A stretch of DNA of 64,000 bases, from the NCBI GenBank assembly GCA_964016885.1, contig OZ024745.1, forward strand, positions 2,418,001-2,482,000, in the 5' to 3' direction. The notes beneath the pieces are model-generated. The model did not search any database, had not been told where the DNA came from, and saw only the letters and a program-made list of their open reading frames with translations. Positions 28,741-41,359 of this stretch are shown piece after piece (within the stretch, counting starts at the first letter, position 1; each line of letters begins with the position of its first letter). This DNA comes from Eledone cirrhosa. Lineage: Eukaryota. The position numbers and the translations under genes are program-made.

Positions 28741-29184
28741 TACCCATCTGCCAGATAGTTGAACGTTCGAAAGTATATACTTTCCTTATGAAAATTAACG
28801 GCTGAGCAGCCTAATTTGCATATTGAGTGAGTTAAATCGGTCAGGCATACCGAAAACGATAAGTTGAATAAAATGAAAACGAAATTTCATTTCTCACTCT
28901 TAGTATGGCACTTACTTAAATGTAAGTATGTATGTATACGTACATACATATATGTATACAGACGTACAGTAGCATGCATATATATATATATATATATATA
29001 TGTGTATACATATATATACACATATGCATACAGGTACACATACATATATGCACGCATCAGTTTAGCCGACGTTTATTATAACGCCTGCTTTGTTCGTTTG
29101 TTTGTCAACAAATCGAACAGCCTGAATTTATGCCATACGGTGTTAAGGCAACCACGTCACCTTTTTGTTCAACACTGACACAGG

Positions 29185-29229
29185 AACGATGTACTAGTTT
29201 CAAGCTTGTTAGCTATCATCAGCACCGTT
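29185..29229 (-). ncRNA. Type I hammerhead ribozyme (identical tandem copy)
   Basis: Same sequence as 28696-28740, 489 bp away. Confidence 0.85.
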
Positions 29230-29433
29230 TACCCATCTGCCAGATAGTTGAACGTTCGAAAGTATATACTTTCCTTATGAAAATTAACGGCTGAGCAGCC
29301 TAATTTGCATAATGAGTGAGTTAAATCGGTCAGGCATACCGAAAACGATAAGTTGAAAAAAATGAAAACGAAATTTCATTTCTCACTCTTAGTATGGCAC
29401 TTACTTAAATGTAAGTATGTATGTATACGGGTA

Positions 29434-29478
29434 AACGGTGCTGATGATAGGTAACAAGCTTGAAACTAGTACATCGTT
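29434..29478 (+). ncRNA. Type I hammerhead ribozyme (inverted copy, one stem II mismatch)
   Basis: AACGGTG-CTGATGA-TAGGTAACAAGCTT-GAAAC-TA-GT-A-CATCGTT. Confidence 0.75.
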
Positions 29479-29648
29479 CCTGTTTCAGTGTTGAACAAAA
29501 AGGTGACGTGGTTGCCTTAACACCGTATGGCATAAATTCAGGCTGTTCGATTTGTTGACAAACAAACGAACAAAGCAGGCGTTATAATAAACGTCGGCTA
29601 AACTGATGCGTGCATATATGTATGTGTACCTGTATGCATATGTGTATA

Positions 29649-29690
<42 letters not shown>

Positions 29691-29691
<1 letters not shown>

Positions 29692-29823
29692 CGAAGGAAA
29701 TGTGGTAAGGAACCAGGTGGACCATAACGCACCAAAGTACTCAATACTTGAGGTAGTAGAGTGGGTAATAGGAACCAGTAAGACCCCGACAGCTGAGCTC
29801 AAGCCGTTTCGACGGCTAATTCT
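29691..29823 (-). mobile_element. PLE pLTR-like fragment with the 3' half of an HHR, nested in the (TA)n of the retrozyme
   Basis: Minus strand GAAACGGC-TTGAGCTCA-GCTGT-C-GGGGTC; relatives at ~21911, ~27110 and ~36098. Confidence 0.6.
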
Positions 29824-29972
29824 ATATATATATGCATGCTACTGTACGTCTGTATACATATATGTATGTACGTATACATACATACTTACATTTAAGTAAG
29901 TGCCATACTAAGAGTGAGAAATGAAATTTCGTTTTCATTTTTTTCAACTTATATATATATATATATATATAT

Positions 29973-30040
<68 letters not shown>

Positions 30041-30702
30041 CTAATTGCGGATTGATCACTCTTAGACTCAGTGCCGTTTAAAATTCCAGTTTAATTAATC
30101 CGGCAATTCTACCATCCAACTATTTCGACAGGTCTATCTTTACATATATTTTTACTCTATCAGTTGCCCACAACTAACTTTATTTATTATTTCCTATTTT
30201 CACCTTAAATATTTAAATATTTAACTATTGTTTAACCTATCACTTGTCGTCTAATCCATGTACATTATTTTCTAGAATTATTCATGAAACTTTTCGCTCT
30301 CTTTCTATTTCTCCCTTCTTGTACTCCTTTATTTTTTATATATAAAATGGATCTGTTTTATATTCTTACATAAATTTAGTATGACACATACATCGCTTAA
30401 TATACCACAACACCTCCTTTAGTGACATTATTAAATATTATTCATTCAATTTCTTATAGCTCTACTTGCATCATACTTCATACGGATTTATAAGTTATAA
30501 CCTTCAATACTTCGCTTTCTCTATTCTCGTATTTATTATTTATTATTTTCACCTCAATATTGTCTCTTGCCGTCTAATTCATGTAGAGTTTTTTCTACAA
30601 GTTTACTCATGACTTTTCCTCTCCATTTCTGTCCTTCTTGTACAACTGTATTTTGTTTTATATTCTTATATAAATTTAGTATAACACATACATCTTATTA
30701 TT

Positions 30703-30890
30703 GCGGTGGGTTGGCAGTATTGGTAGAGGGTCCGACGCCATGCTTTGCAGCAAAGAGTCACGGCCCTTTACGGTCTGAGTTAAAATCCTGCCGAGGTTAA
30801 CTTTGCCTTTCATCTTTGCGGGGTCGATAAAATAAAGTACCAGTAATGTTCTGGGTATTTGCTGGCCTTGTGCCTAAAGTAGAAACAATT
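30703..30890 (+). mobile_element. OK-like SINE
   Basis: Full-length match to the family; a diverged copy follows at ~31010-31200. Confidence 0.85.
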
Positions 30891-31498
30891 ATTGCTGTTG
30901 CTGTTGTTGTTGGTGTTGTTGTTGATACTGTTGTTGTTGTTGTTGTTGCTGATAGTGTTGTTGTTGGTGTTGTTGATACTGTTGTTGTTGTTGTTATACA
31001 GTAGATTAACAGACTCGTCAGACTATCAGAGAAATACTTTGCAATATTCAGACACTTTTCTCAGTTCAAATGTTGCTGGGTTAATTTTCGTTTTTATTCT
31101 CCCGGTGTCGATAAAATAAGTACCAGTAACTCACTGTGGTCCATTTAATGGACTTTCTCCTCTTCAAGAATTGTTGGCCTTATGCCTAAATGAGAAACCA
31201 TTATTATTATTGTTGTTATTGCAGTTGTTTTTCTTTTACATATCGATAGCGTCATACATATTTTAAATTATTGATGATTGGAAAATATTGTAGAGTAAAA
31301 AATATAAGAGATATGTAATTTAAGTTTTCGAAAAGATTGTATGTCCGTTAAATATTCAAAAAGCATATCAGTTATATATATATATATGACTCCAGTTCCT
31401 CTGAAATAACAACCCAACAAGGAACTGGGCATATCAGAGTATTGACAATATTATACACCTAAACAACATATGTACTTGTCTATACCATACTAATTCAA

Positions 31499-31553
31499 AC
31501 TGCCTGAAGAGGTCACAGCCAAAGATGGCTGTCACTGAAATATATATAGCAGT
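31499..31553 (+). ncRNA. Type I hammerhead ribozyme (canonical core)
   Basis: ACTGC-CTGAAGA-GGTC-ACAGCCA aaga TGGCTGT-CACT-GAAA-TATATA-T-A-GCAGT. Confidence 0.8.
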
Positions 31554-31597
31554 AATAAACGAAGCTAAATTTTAATCATTTGACTTTTATTTAACTT

Positions 31598-31681
<84 letters not shown>

Positions 31682-31899
31682 GATAACAAAATATCGTTAT
31701 AGGTAATCCAGTTAGAGGTTGTGAATACTCCGTATTGTGGATAGTTTTAGCGTATGGCATTGTTTTACTCAACAAGAGGTTTATGTAGGTGACGAGTTTA
31801 TGATTTCACTTGTATTCCTATGTAAGTTTATCTTGGAGTAATACAATTGAAAAAGTGGAGAAGAACATGGTCAACAGTACAAAAAAAGGGGATTTATTT

Positions 31900-32011
31900 A
31901 CAGTCTAACAATTGTTTCTCTGATAAAGTTGTCTAAAAATTGCTGAACACTAGAAGCAGTGCCACTCAATTTCAAATACGATGCTAGCTCGATCAGATCT
32001 TCAGAAACTGT
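31900..32011 (-). ncRNA. Type I hammerhead ribozyme with ~70-nt stem II insert (sense to the PLE ORF)
   Basis: Reverse complement of 34006-34117. Confidence 0.75.
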
Positions 32012-32887
32012 TACAAAAAATATATATAACCGGCAAATTTACAAATTCAAATTACATCATCAATAATAATATTAATAATAAAGATAGAGAGAGAAAAAAA
32101 AAGAAAGAAAGGGGGATAGATACAAGAAAGAAAGAAAGGAAAAGGAAAAAGAAAAAAGAAAAAGAAAAAGAGAAAGAAGAAGAAAAAGCTGAAATGAATA
32201 CAGAGAAAAATATAGAGAGAGGAAAATATATGGAGAAATGATGGTAGAAGGGGGAGAGACAAGCATAAGGAGAAATAACGTAGGATAGAAAGAAAAATAG
32301 AGGGGAAAATAATGATATCAGCAATAAATGAATAAACGTTAATAAATGAATAAATGTAAATAAAAATAAAAATAAATATATAAAAAAATAATAAATAAAT
32401 AAATAAATAAATTACATCTAATCTGATATAAAATGGTACAAAATGTGAAAATGAAAAATGGAAATATGAAAATAAATAAGTAAAAAAGTAAAAATGTGCG
32501 AAGAATATTTAAACATATTAAGATTATTGAAAGTGGTTTTTGAGAATGGTTAAAATATATAGAGATACGAAGGTAAAAATATGATAATGTTAAATATATT
32601 TATGTGTGTATTGGTTATTTTAATAAATAAATTAATTAATTAGTTGTAAGTTATATTATATGATAAAATAAAATGCCAGAGATGAAATAAACTTAGGGAG
32701 AGAAATATAAAGATAGAGAGTGAAAGATAGAGATATATAAAATAAGAATGTAAATATAAGAGGTTTTGATGTTGTTCATTGATAGATGATGACAATTATA
32801 ATCATAATGATGATGATGATGATGATAATGTCATATTATAATAGATCTAAGTGGTACAATTTGGGTTATGGAATAGATAAGATGGAA

Positions 32888-33880
32888 TTAAGCTTGTCTA
32901 AAGTTCTCAAATTTGGTCGCCGATTTATGCCGACAGAAAATAGTTCTTTCAATTTTACTGTTAAGAAGCATTTTGTTGTAATTTAAAATTTGGAAAAGTT
33001 CCATATTACAGAGATCACAGTGGGACATACCAATTTGATAGGCCTTTGCTTTTGATAGCTTCGTCCAGCTGATTTTATATTCCATGTTTGCATCCTTGAG
33101 TTGCCAGATTTTATTGGCGAAAGTCGTTGTATTTAAGAGATTCCTGTTAATCATAGAGTGTCTATGTACGTACTACCTTTTCTTAAACTCTCCAGCTGTG
33201 GAACCAATGTAATGCCATGCTAAGCTACCTGAATTTATAGTACATAGGTATACTGTATTTGTCTCTAGGCATCTATTTTGTAAAGGGCATTTGTCAGGTA
33301 GATGGCAGTTACATTTAGATGCTTTTCTATGTGCCGGTTCTTCGATATGGTTTTGTAGGTTGCTATGTATGGGCTGAGAATTGGGTTTGTTGATGTATTG
33401 TGGTGATGTGCTCTGACGTGTGTTTGGTTGAGATGATGTTTTGTATTTGGTATTATGGTACTTATTTGCGGGCTACTTGTATTATAAATTCTTTTATAGT
33501 TAATTTTATGTATGTGCGATTCTATGTTGTTGACAGTGGCGTATGATAGCTTGATAGTTTTTCTATTAAAGATTTTATGATATTTATGAATTTTAGAGAA
33601 GTGTTTGTCAACCAATTTGAAGAAAGTGTAAGGTAGCTTAGTTTTTATAGAGGAGTTAAATATTGGATTGAACCATAAGTAGTTTCTATTTCTGCATCTT
33701 CTATAGTTATTATTGGTCTTTATATTAGTATTCTGTTCATTTAATTTACGCTGCCAATTTTTATGTTTAGTCCTAGATTTGTTGCTTCTATAGGTGTGGA
33801 TAGTGCTATTAATATTTAGTGTGTTGTTATTTTTTGTATCTGGTATGTATTTGAGTCTCTCTTTATGGCCTGCCTTTTCC
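32888..33880 (-). pseudogene. PLE RT-thumb and GIY-YIG endonuclease, frameshifted (Naiad-like motifs)
   Basis: WFNP, LVDKHF..HKYHKIFNRKTIKLSY, CNCHLPDKCPLQNRCL..VY...YIGST..FKKR*, IWQLK, CDLCNME, LLNSK.E...CRH; clade assignment from memory. Confidence 0.85.
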
Positions 33881-34005
33881 TTTCTTTCTTTCCTGTATCT
33901 ATCTCCCTTTCTTTCTTTTATTTCTCTCTCTATCTTTATTATTAATATTATTATTGATGATGTAATTTGAATTTGTAAATTTGCCGATTATATATATTTT
34001 TTGTA

Positions 34006-34117
34006 ACAGTTTCTGAAGATCTGAACGAGCTAACATCGTATTTGAAATTGAGTGGCACTGCTTCTAGTGTTCAGCAATTTTTAGAAAACTTTATCAGAGA
34101 AACAATTGTTAGACTGT
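34006..34117 (+). ncRNA. Type I hammerhead ribozyme with ~70-nt stem II insert
   Basis: ACAGTTT-CTGAAGA-TCTGA...TCAGA-GAAAC-AATT-GT-T-AGACTGT. Confidence 0.75.
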
Positions 34118-34267
34118 AAATAAATCCCCTTTTTTGTACTGTTGACCATGTTATTCTTTACTTTTTCAATTTTATATATATATAGTAAAAAAACAAAAAA
34201 AAACAAAAAAAACAATAACAAAGAGTGCAGTACGAACAGTATTGATATAAAGTTCACGCTTGAGAGT

Positions 34268-34322
<55 letters not shown>

Positions 34323-34733
34323 GATAGATAGGTGTGAGTGTATTGAATGTCGTTAAACCGGATTTTTGCCCCTCCTACCTAAAGGTTTCGTGTAGTTCTA
34401 GCTAAACTGTAATGATAGTAGGGATTGTATTGAAGTGGATTGGCTGGAATTTGGCTATGGCGGCAACATGAAATAACACATCACTACACTTTCATTATTT
34501 TAGACTCACAGATGAATAAGGTGGATGTAAGTCAAGCGTAGCAATCCTTCAACTATGAGGAAATAAACCGGTTTGCCAACATCCAATCAAATTCTACACA
34601 GTTACAACATAAGTCTATTGAGCACTTTAAGGTTTTGCTAGAACATCCACAACTATCTATCTATCTTTCTCTTTCTTTATCTATCTATCTTTCTTTCTAT
34701 CTATCTATCTACTTATCTATCTATCTATCTACA

Positions 34734-34803
<70 letters not shown>

Positions 34804-34859
34804 GTGGGGGGGCAAAGAGATGTTTACGTTTTTGTACAAATCAGAAAGTGCTGATTTTC

Positions 34860-35004
34860 AAGGAGGTGAATAACGTCAGATAAAATGGTTTTCAATGTCC
34901 GTTCAGGCTGAATGAGCTCTGAATTCAAATCCCGCCGCGGTCAATTTTACCTTTCATCCTTTCGAGGTCGATCAAAGAAAAATACCAGTCCAATACTGAG
35001 ATCG

Positions 35005-35006
<2 letters not shown>
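34860..35006 (+). mobile_element. Diverged OK-like SINE
   Basis: CTGAATTCAAATCCCGCCGCGGTCAATTTTACCTTTCATCC. Confidence 0.6.
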
Positions 35007-35076
<70 letters not shown>

Positions 35077-35167
35077 CTCTGTTCAGACATAGAGAGGGGA
35101 TTAGCTCCGCAAAATTTAAAATGGTGTATGTCACAACGATATGGTATACACACACACACACACACAC

Positions 35168-35221
<54 letters not shown>

Positions 35222-35572
35222 CAGTGTGGTCTACCTCTGGTGGTAGGGTCTGTACCGTAGATAGAACTCAATGTAATCCAATGGCGAGTAATCCAGTGAA
35301 ATCCATAGAAAAGTTCTGTGTTCCGCTGAGTTAATTCCTTAGATACAGAGTCAGATATTCGATATCAAAAGAAGACAGTCTGATTGAACCTATATATGAT
35401 AGTATACAGTTATATAACTGCTATAAGTCTGATAGTTTTAGTTATATAACTGCTATAGATCAGTCAGTATGTCAATATGTTCAACCCTCCGACATGAACG
35501 TAAAACAATGATATGAATAGGTAAAATAACTTGACTTTGTTGTTATTTTTTTCATTCTTAAATTAATGTCGA

Positions 35573-35628
<56 letters not shown>

Positions 35629-35660
35629 AAAATTTCGCTCTACATGGCTGAATACAATAA

Positions 35661-36058
35661 ATGTAATCTGAGTTTTTCGAATATTAATAATAACATTCGA
35701 TTCGTTTGCTGATCAGTCAGATCTGCATATTAGCAGATCCACTGATCAGCCAATATCTGCTAATATGCAGATCTGACTGATCAGCCAGTCTGCTAATATG
35801 CAAATCAGTCCGATCAGTCACTGTGTATTCTTGAAAATACCATATATTTTCACTAGCTCTGACAGTTTGGCAGGTGAACAGTGAGGTGTACTGATGAAGG
35901 GTGATACCTAGAAACATTAGTGTCTGCAATTCTGTTCGCATGGCAACACAAGAGCAAGAATGAAATGTTAATTCTACTGACATGGCTATAAAATTGAGGC
36001 TTGTTTGCAAAATTGCAAACGAATCGAATGTTATTATTAATATTCGATAAACTCAGAT

Positions 36059-36063
<5 letters not shown>
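35661..36063 (+). mobile_element. Element with ~50-bp inverted ends and an internal HHR
   Basis: ATGTAATCTGAGTTT..CGAATATTAATAATAACATTCGATTCGTTTGC / its reverse complement at 36015-36063. Confidence 0.7.
35887..35928 (+). ncRNA. Type I hammerhead ribozyme (canonical, GUC site)
   Basis: TGTA-CTGATGA-A-GGGT gat ACCT-A-GAAAC-A-TTAG-T-GT-C-TGCA. Confidence 0.78.
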
Positions 36064-36098
<35 letters not shown>

Positions 36099-36290
36099 AA
36101 AAAGTATGACCCCGACGGCAGAGCTCAAGCCGTTTCGACGGCTATTTCTGGACTAAGTATTGAGTACTCTGTATCTTCTACCCTAAGTATTGAGTATATA
36201 CTAAGTATTGAGTACTCTGTATCTACTACCCTTAGTATTGAGTACTCTGGTGCGTTATGGTCCACCTGGTTCCTTACCACAATTCCTTTG

Positions 36291-36372
<82 letters not shown>

Positions 36373-36573
36373 CTCTCTTTACGTTGCTTCACCCTTCGTA
36401 TCTGTTTACATTTATTCTCTCTCTCCCCTCTTTTTTTTTATCCCAATAACTTATTTAATTATTGTTCACCCTAGGATGAGGTATCTTGTCTCTAACGCGA
36501 AGAAATACCTATGATTCCTAGCAGACAACTGACGATGGACATTACCCTCTTTCGCCCGTAATTTTTATTTTCG

Positions 36574-36625
<52 letters not shown>

Positions 36626-36667
36626 CTTCAAAATATTAATAAATATAGACATTCATGTGATCAAATA

Positions 36668-36733
36668 TATTTTATTATACATATTTCAGAGGTACTGAGC
36701 TATTTCAACAGTACGTCCTCATCAGATAAAATA
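36668..36733 (-). ncRNA. Type I hammerhead ribozyme
   Basis: Reverse complement of 36783-36848. Confidence 0.72.
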
Positions 36734-36782
36734 AGTTGATGTCTGACATACCTTGACTATGACTGAATTATAGGCATCAACT

Positions 36783-36848
36783 TATTTTATCTGATGAGGA
36801 CGTACTGTTGAAATAGCTCAGTACCTCTGAAATATGTATAATAAAATA
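36783..36848 (+). ncRNA. Type I hammerhead ribozyme
   Basis: TATTTTAT-CTGATGA-GGAC-GTACTG...CAGTAC-CTCT-GAAA-TATGTA-TA-ATAAAATA. Confidence 0.72.
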
Positions 36849-36984
36849 TATTTGATCACATGAATGTCTATATTTATTTTATATTTTGAAGTAATATTAA
36901 TAACTCCAGAAAACCTTGCTGTAGAGTGCTTCTAATCTATTGTGAAACTTTATTCATTGATTAATTCATTGAACCTTGTTAAAC

Positions 36985-37076
<92 letters not shown>

Positions 37077-37081
<5 letters not shown>

Positions 37082-37196
37082 TTCTATTAAGGTTAAATAC
37101 TGAGTCTTGTTACTCTGGAGTTTCGCCCGTTTATCGCATGGGTTATCAGAAACTCCACAGTAACAAAACTCACTATTTATCCTTAATAAAATGAAT
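37077..37196 (-). mobile_element. Small fold-back with a degenerate HHR (37106-37149)
   Basis: Imperfect arms; minus strand CTGATAA-CCC...GGGC-GAAAC-TCCAGA-GT-A (C3/A8 mismatch). Confidence 0.5.
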
Positions 37197-37234
37197 ATTA
37201 AAACTCTACTTCGGTATTGAGTACTCTTTTCTCT

Positions 37235-37520
37235 CGGCTGTCAACTACATAGCTTGGGCCTCGGGGGACCCAGCTTTTTAATAAGCTGCCAAAAAGAGAT
37301 TTGCATGATGTGTATGTGGATGTTTTCAAGAGACATCTTGACATTCTGCTGACCAAGGTCCCTGATAAAACCACACCAACAGATGAAGCACAAATAACAA
37401 CAGCAGAAAGAAACTCCCTTTTGCATGAATGGCCAACCAAGGAAGGCTGGCTGTAGGAAGTGTAGCATCAATGGCGGTGCCCCACCATGGCCTCAGCCTG
37501 TAGGCTGGAACACACTATTC
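37235..37520 (+). pseudogene. 3' end of a CR1/L2-group LINE
   Basis: GTQLFNKLPKRDLHDVYVDVFKRHLDILLTKVPD...AERNSL. Confidence 0.6.
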
Positions 37521-37539
37521 AGTAATGTATATATGTGTA

Positions 37540-37581
<42 letters not shown>

Positions 37582-37682
37582 TAATTTAATATATCAACTA
37601 ACATAGGCGCACAGATGTACGTCCATGCCAGCAAATACACAGGTTATGTCATAGTACCTAGGTGGTTCAATGCAGGAGGCAG

Positions 37683-37764
37683 ACTCCCTGATGACGCAAT
37701 GAATTCTCGACAGTTGGATTATGTAACTGTCTTTATCCCATTGCAGAAACTAATTAGTTGGAGT
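37683..37764 (+). ncRNA. Type I hammerhead ribozyme, diverged relative of 7653-7734
   Basis: ACTCC-CTGATGA-C-GCAATG...CATTGC-A-GAAAC-TAATTA-GT-T-GGAGT, within element ~37580-37848. Confidence 0.82.
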
Positions 37765-37842
37765 GAAAATTTAAGTAAGTAAGTAAAAAATTTTTTTAAA
37801 ATTTTTTAAAAATTTTTTAAAAAAATATTTTCTTATTTTACG

Positions 37843-37927
<85 letters not shown>

Positions 37928-38027
37928 ATTAGAAAGTGAACAACACTTTGTATTGTTTACTTTCTAATTAAATAGCTCTGTTCTATACATAGAGCACTCT
38001 TTATATATATATTTATGTGTGTGTTTG

Positions 38028-38132
<105 letters not shown>

Positions 38133-38556
38133 CACGTGCATTGCGTATTTTTGTGATTCATGTTTTCGCCGTGTGTTTATGAATAAATAATGTATGCTAC
38201 TACATAAACATGAAAAAGAATATGGATGATGATGATGGCGGTAGTAGTGGTGGTGGTAGTGGTGGCGGTGGCGCTGATGGTGGTGTGTGTGTGTGGGCTG
38301 GGGGGTATATAGGATTTAGATTCGATTTGTCAGGAACTACAGCACAGAAAATATATTTGAATATTCCTCATTGTGAGTTGGTCCATTGACACGTCACTCT
38401 GAGGTAATAATTGTCTCTTACGGCGCCATATTGCAAGCATTGCCATACCTGGGGCATGTGCACTACTATATTATCTGCCAAAACATATTACAACATTCCA
38501 CTCGTACAAATATTCACGTTCGATGTATCAGAAAAGACTCTTCTTCTTCTTCTTAC

Positions 38557-38626
<70 letters not shown>

Positions 38627-39092
38627 GTTTGAGTCTTAGTCATTGATGTTATTTAACTGGAAAGTTTGTTGAAATGAATATCAAGCCACTACCTGCAGCC
38701 TCAGATATTCAGGATGTATCGGAGGGTTCTTGCTGTTCCCAGCAAGCATGCCTTTTGAAGTGTTCCAAAAAGCGGGGCGGGACCAATTTTCTTTAACCAA
38801 CCTTGGAAACTCTTTGAGATAGTACCTAGTGCGCCTATGACAATCGGGACCACTTTGACCTCATGGCAGTTCCAAATCCTTTTTACCTCCCACTTTAAGT
38901 CCTGGTATCGGTTAATTTTCTCCCTCTCCTTTTCTTGCACTCTCGTGTCGAATGGGCAGGCCACATCCACAATCAGGCACGATCTTTTTCCCTTGTCCAA
39001 AACCACCAGGTCGGGTCTATTGTGTTCCAGTTTCTTGTCCGTCTGTATCCTAAAATCCCACAGCACCTTCACCTGATCGTTTTCCATCACCG
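38627..39092 (-). mobile_element. 3' fragment of an R4/Dong-type non-LTR retrotransposon (restriction-like endonuclease) in (TAA)n
   Basis: VLWDFRIQTD..HNRPDLVVLDK..IVDVACPFD..KEREKINRYQDL..VVPIVIGALG; (TAA)n on both sides. Confidence 0.85.
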
Positions 39093-39105
39093 ATTATTAT
39101 TATTA

Positions 39106-39147
<42 letters not shown>

Positions 39148-39149
39148 GA

Positions 39150-39335
39150 GTGGTGGATTGGCAGTATCGGTAGAGGGTCGGACGCTATGCTTTCCAGCAT
39201 AGTTACGTCCCTTTACGATCTGAGTTCAAATCCCGCCGAGGTTGACTTTGCCTTTCATCCTTATGGGGTCGATAAAATAAAGTACCAGTAATGCACTGGG
39301 TAATTGCTGGCCTTGTGCCTAAAGTAGAAACAATT
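39150..39335 (+). mobile_element. OK-like SINE
   Basis: Full-length match to the family, in (TTA)n. Confidence 0.85.
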
Positions 39336-39407
39336 ATTATTATTATTATTGATTTATAGAATCAAAATATGCGATCCCTATCGGACTACGTTATATAACC
39401 CCTCTTC

Positions 39408-39449
<42 letters not shown>

Positions 39450-39529
39450 AAAGAGAGAGGGGAAAGAAAAATATGAATACATAGATAGCTAAGCACATAC
39501 ATACATAATACATACACACATACTTACAC

Positions 39530-39646
39530 ACATGATGGCTGTCCCCTCGTTGTCGAGTATGGCCATTGCACGAAAAAAAAACATAACGACAATAATAATA
39601 ATAATAATGATTTCTTAATAATAACAATAATAATATATATATATAT

Positions 39647-39737
<91 letters not shown>

Positions 39738-41358
39738 ACACACGCACACACATAAACATATCTATACACACACACGATAGCAATTAACAGCGCTGCGATC
39801 GAATGTGGCTTTTTAGCCCAGCCAATGATCTAAAATGTCTTGCACAGAGTTGGCAACCAAAACATTCACTGGGAATAGTTGGCTGTGGTTGGAGTTTGTG
39901 TACTTTTGCATGTCGTTTGAGCCCTATTGCTGATTTACATTCTCTACCACATGTTTGGCAAGCATGATGAGTAGCATCTCCAACAGCAGCCTGGTAGTCA
40001 ACCACTGGTCTTACTTTATGACTGCGAAGATGACTTTTGAGTCCAGCTTTGCTTAGGCAGAGTCTCGCACAGACGCTGCATGTCAGCACCATAGGAGGAC
40101 CCTCGCCGTCTGGAAGTGCAACAGTAATGCCCTTCCTCACATCCCGCTTTACATTCTCGTATGCGATTCGAGATGCCTCAAAGGCAACTTTCCCCTCATA
40201 TACAGTCTTTCTCCATTTATTACGATCAGCAGCAATATTTTCCCATGTATCAGCAGAGATGTTAGCGTCTTTCAAAGAGGCTTTCAAGGAATCCTTATAC
40301 CTCTTTTTTGGTTTATGTGGCGGTCGTTTTCCTTTAACTAATTCTCCATAAAAGAGTTGTTTTGGTATGCTAGGTGACTACTCCATTGGAATCTTTGCTT
40401 AAGCACAAGAGCTTCTATGCTGTCACACAGAGAGCTTTCCAAAATCTCGACATCACTGATGTGGTCTCTCCAGTGAACGCCATGGATCCGTCTGAGACAC
40501 ATCTGATGGAAACGCTCCAATTGTTTAAGGTGGTGTCGATATGTGACCCAGGTCTTGCAAACTGATCAAACACTCCAAGTCGTTTACCATACACATAGAT
40601 ATTTGGCTCACTGTACTACTTACTAGGGGCAGGTTGGTACATGACGACAGTTTTCTTGAGACTGACAGTCAATCCTAGGGCAGTGCAAGCATCAGAAAAT
40701 GCATTCAAAATGTGCTGCATATCACTCTCTGTGTGCACTATAAGATCGCAATCATCTGCATACAAGAGGTATCTTATGATTGATGTAAATACTTTTGTTT
40801 TTGCAGCAAAGCGCCTGATGTTAAATATGCTGCCTGAGGTTCGATATTGGATGTAAACACCATGCTCGCAATTCCTGAATACAATATAGAAAACCATTGC
40901 AAAGTATATGGCAAACAAAGTCGGTGCTGGAATATCCCCTCCTGTTTCACCCCATTTTTTACTGAGATGTTACCTCTGACATTAACCTAAGCATTCATGT
41001 CGTCATGGAAAGAACTAACCAAAGCAAGGACTTATCAGAGCAACCATGTTTCTGCCGAACCTTCCACAATGCATTTCTGTTAACAGTATCGAAAGCTTTT
41101 GTCAGATCGACAAAAACCTGATACAGATCCAAACCTTGTTCCATCCACTTCTCCTGGAGCTGTCTAGCTGAGAATATCATATCAGTAGTGCCGCATCCAA
41201 CACGAAAACCAGATTGACTTTCAGGAAGAACACAATCTGCAATGTGTGTCAGCAGACGGTCCAGAAGCACTCTACATAAAATTTTTCCTACGTCAGAAAG
41301 CAATGATATACCTCTGTAGTTTCCACAATCATTCTTGTTACCCTTTCCCTTGTACAAG
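39530..41358 (-). mobile_element. RTE LINE copy 2 (longer 5' part, with frameshifts and deletions)
   Basis: LYKGKG..DCGNYRGISLLS, LPESQSGFR..GTTDMIFSARQLQEK, FVDLTKAFDTVNR, YADD, same zinc fingers and 3' end as copy 1. Confidence 0.9.
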
Positions 41359-41359
41359 A

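Larger units (their letters stand above)
28432..29951 (-). mobile_element. Retrozyme-like element: tandem dimer of a ~489-bp HHR monomer plus an inverted copy
   Basis: Units start at 28435, 28922 and 29411; inverted copy from ~29429, interrupted at 29691-29823; three HHRs. Confidence 0.8.
31680..34270 (-). mobile_element. 5'-truncated Penelope-like element with inverted pseudo-LTRs (~31846-32140 / ~33880-34173)
   Basis: Inverted terminal repeats each with an HHR; thumb/EN ORF remnant inside; (TA)n flanks. Confidence 0.85.
36621..36990. mobile_element. Fold-back element with identical HHRs on both strands
   Basis: Arms ~36621-36743 / ~36773-36896 are near-perfect reverse complements. Confidence 0.78.

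Noticed and set aside
38380-38440. CRE/YY1-like words suggesting a promoter
   Set aside because: Short motifs expected by chance; no linked gene
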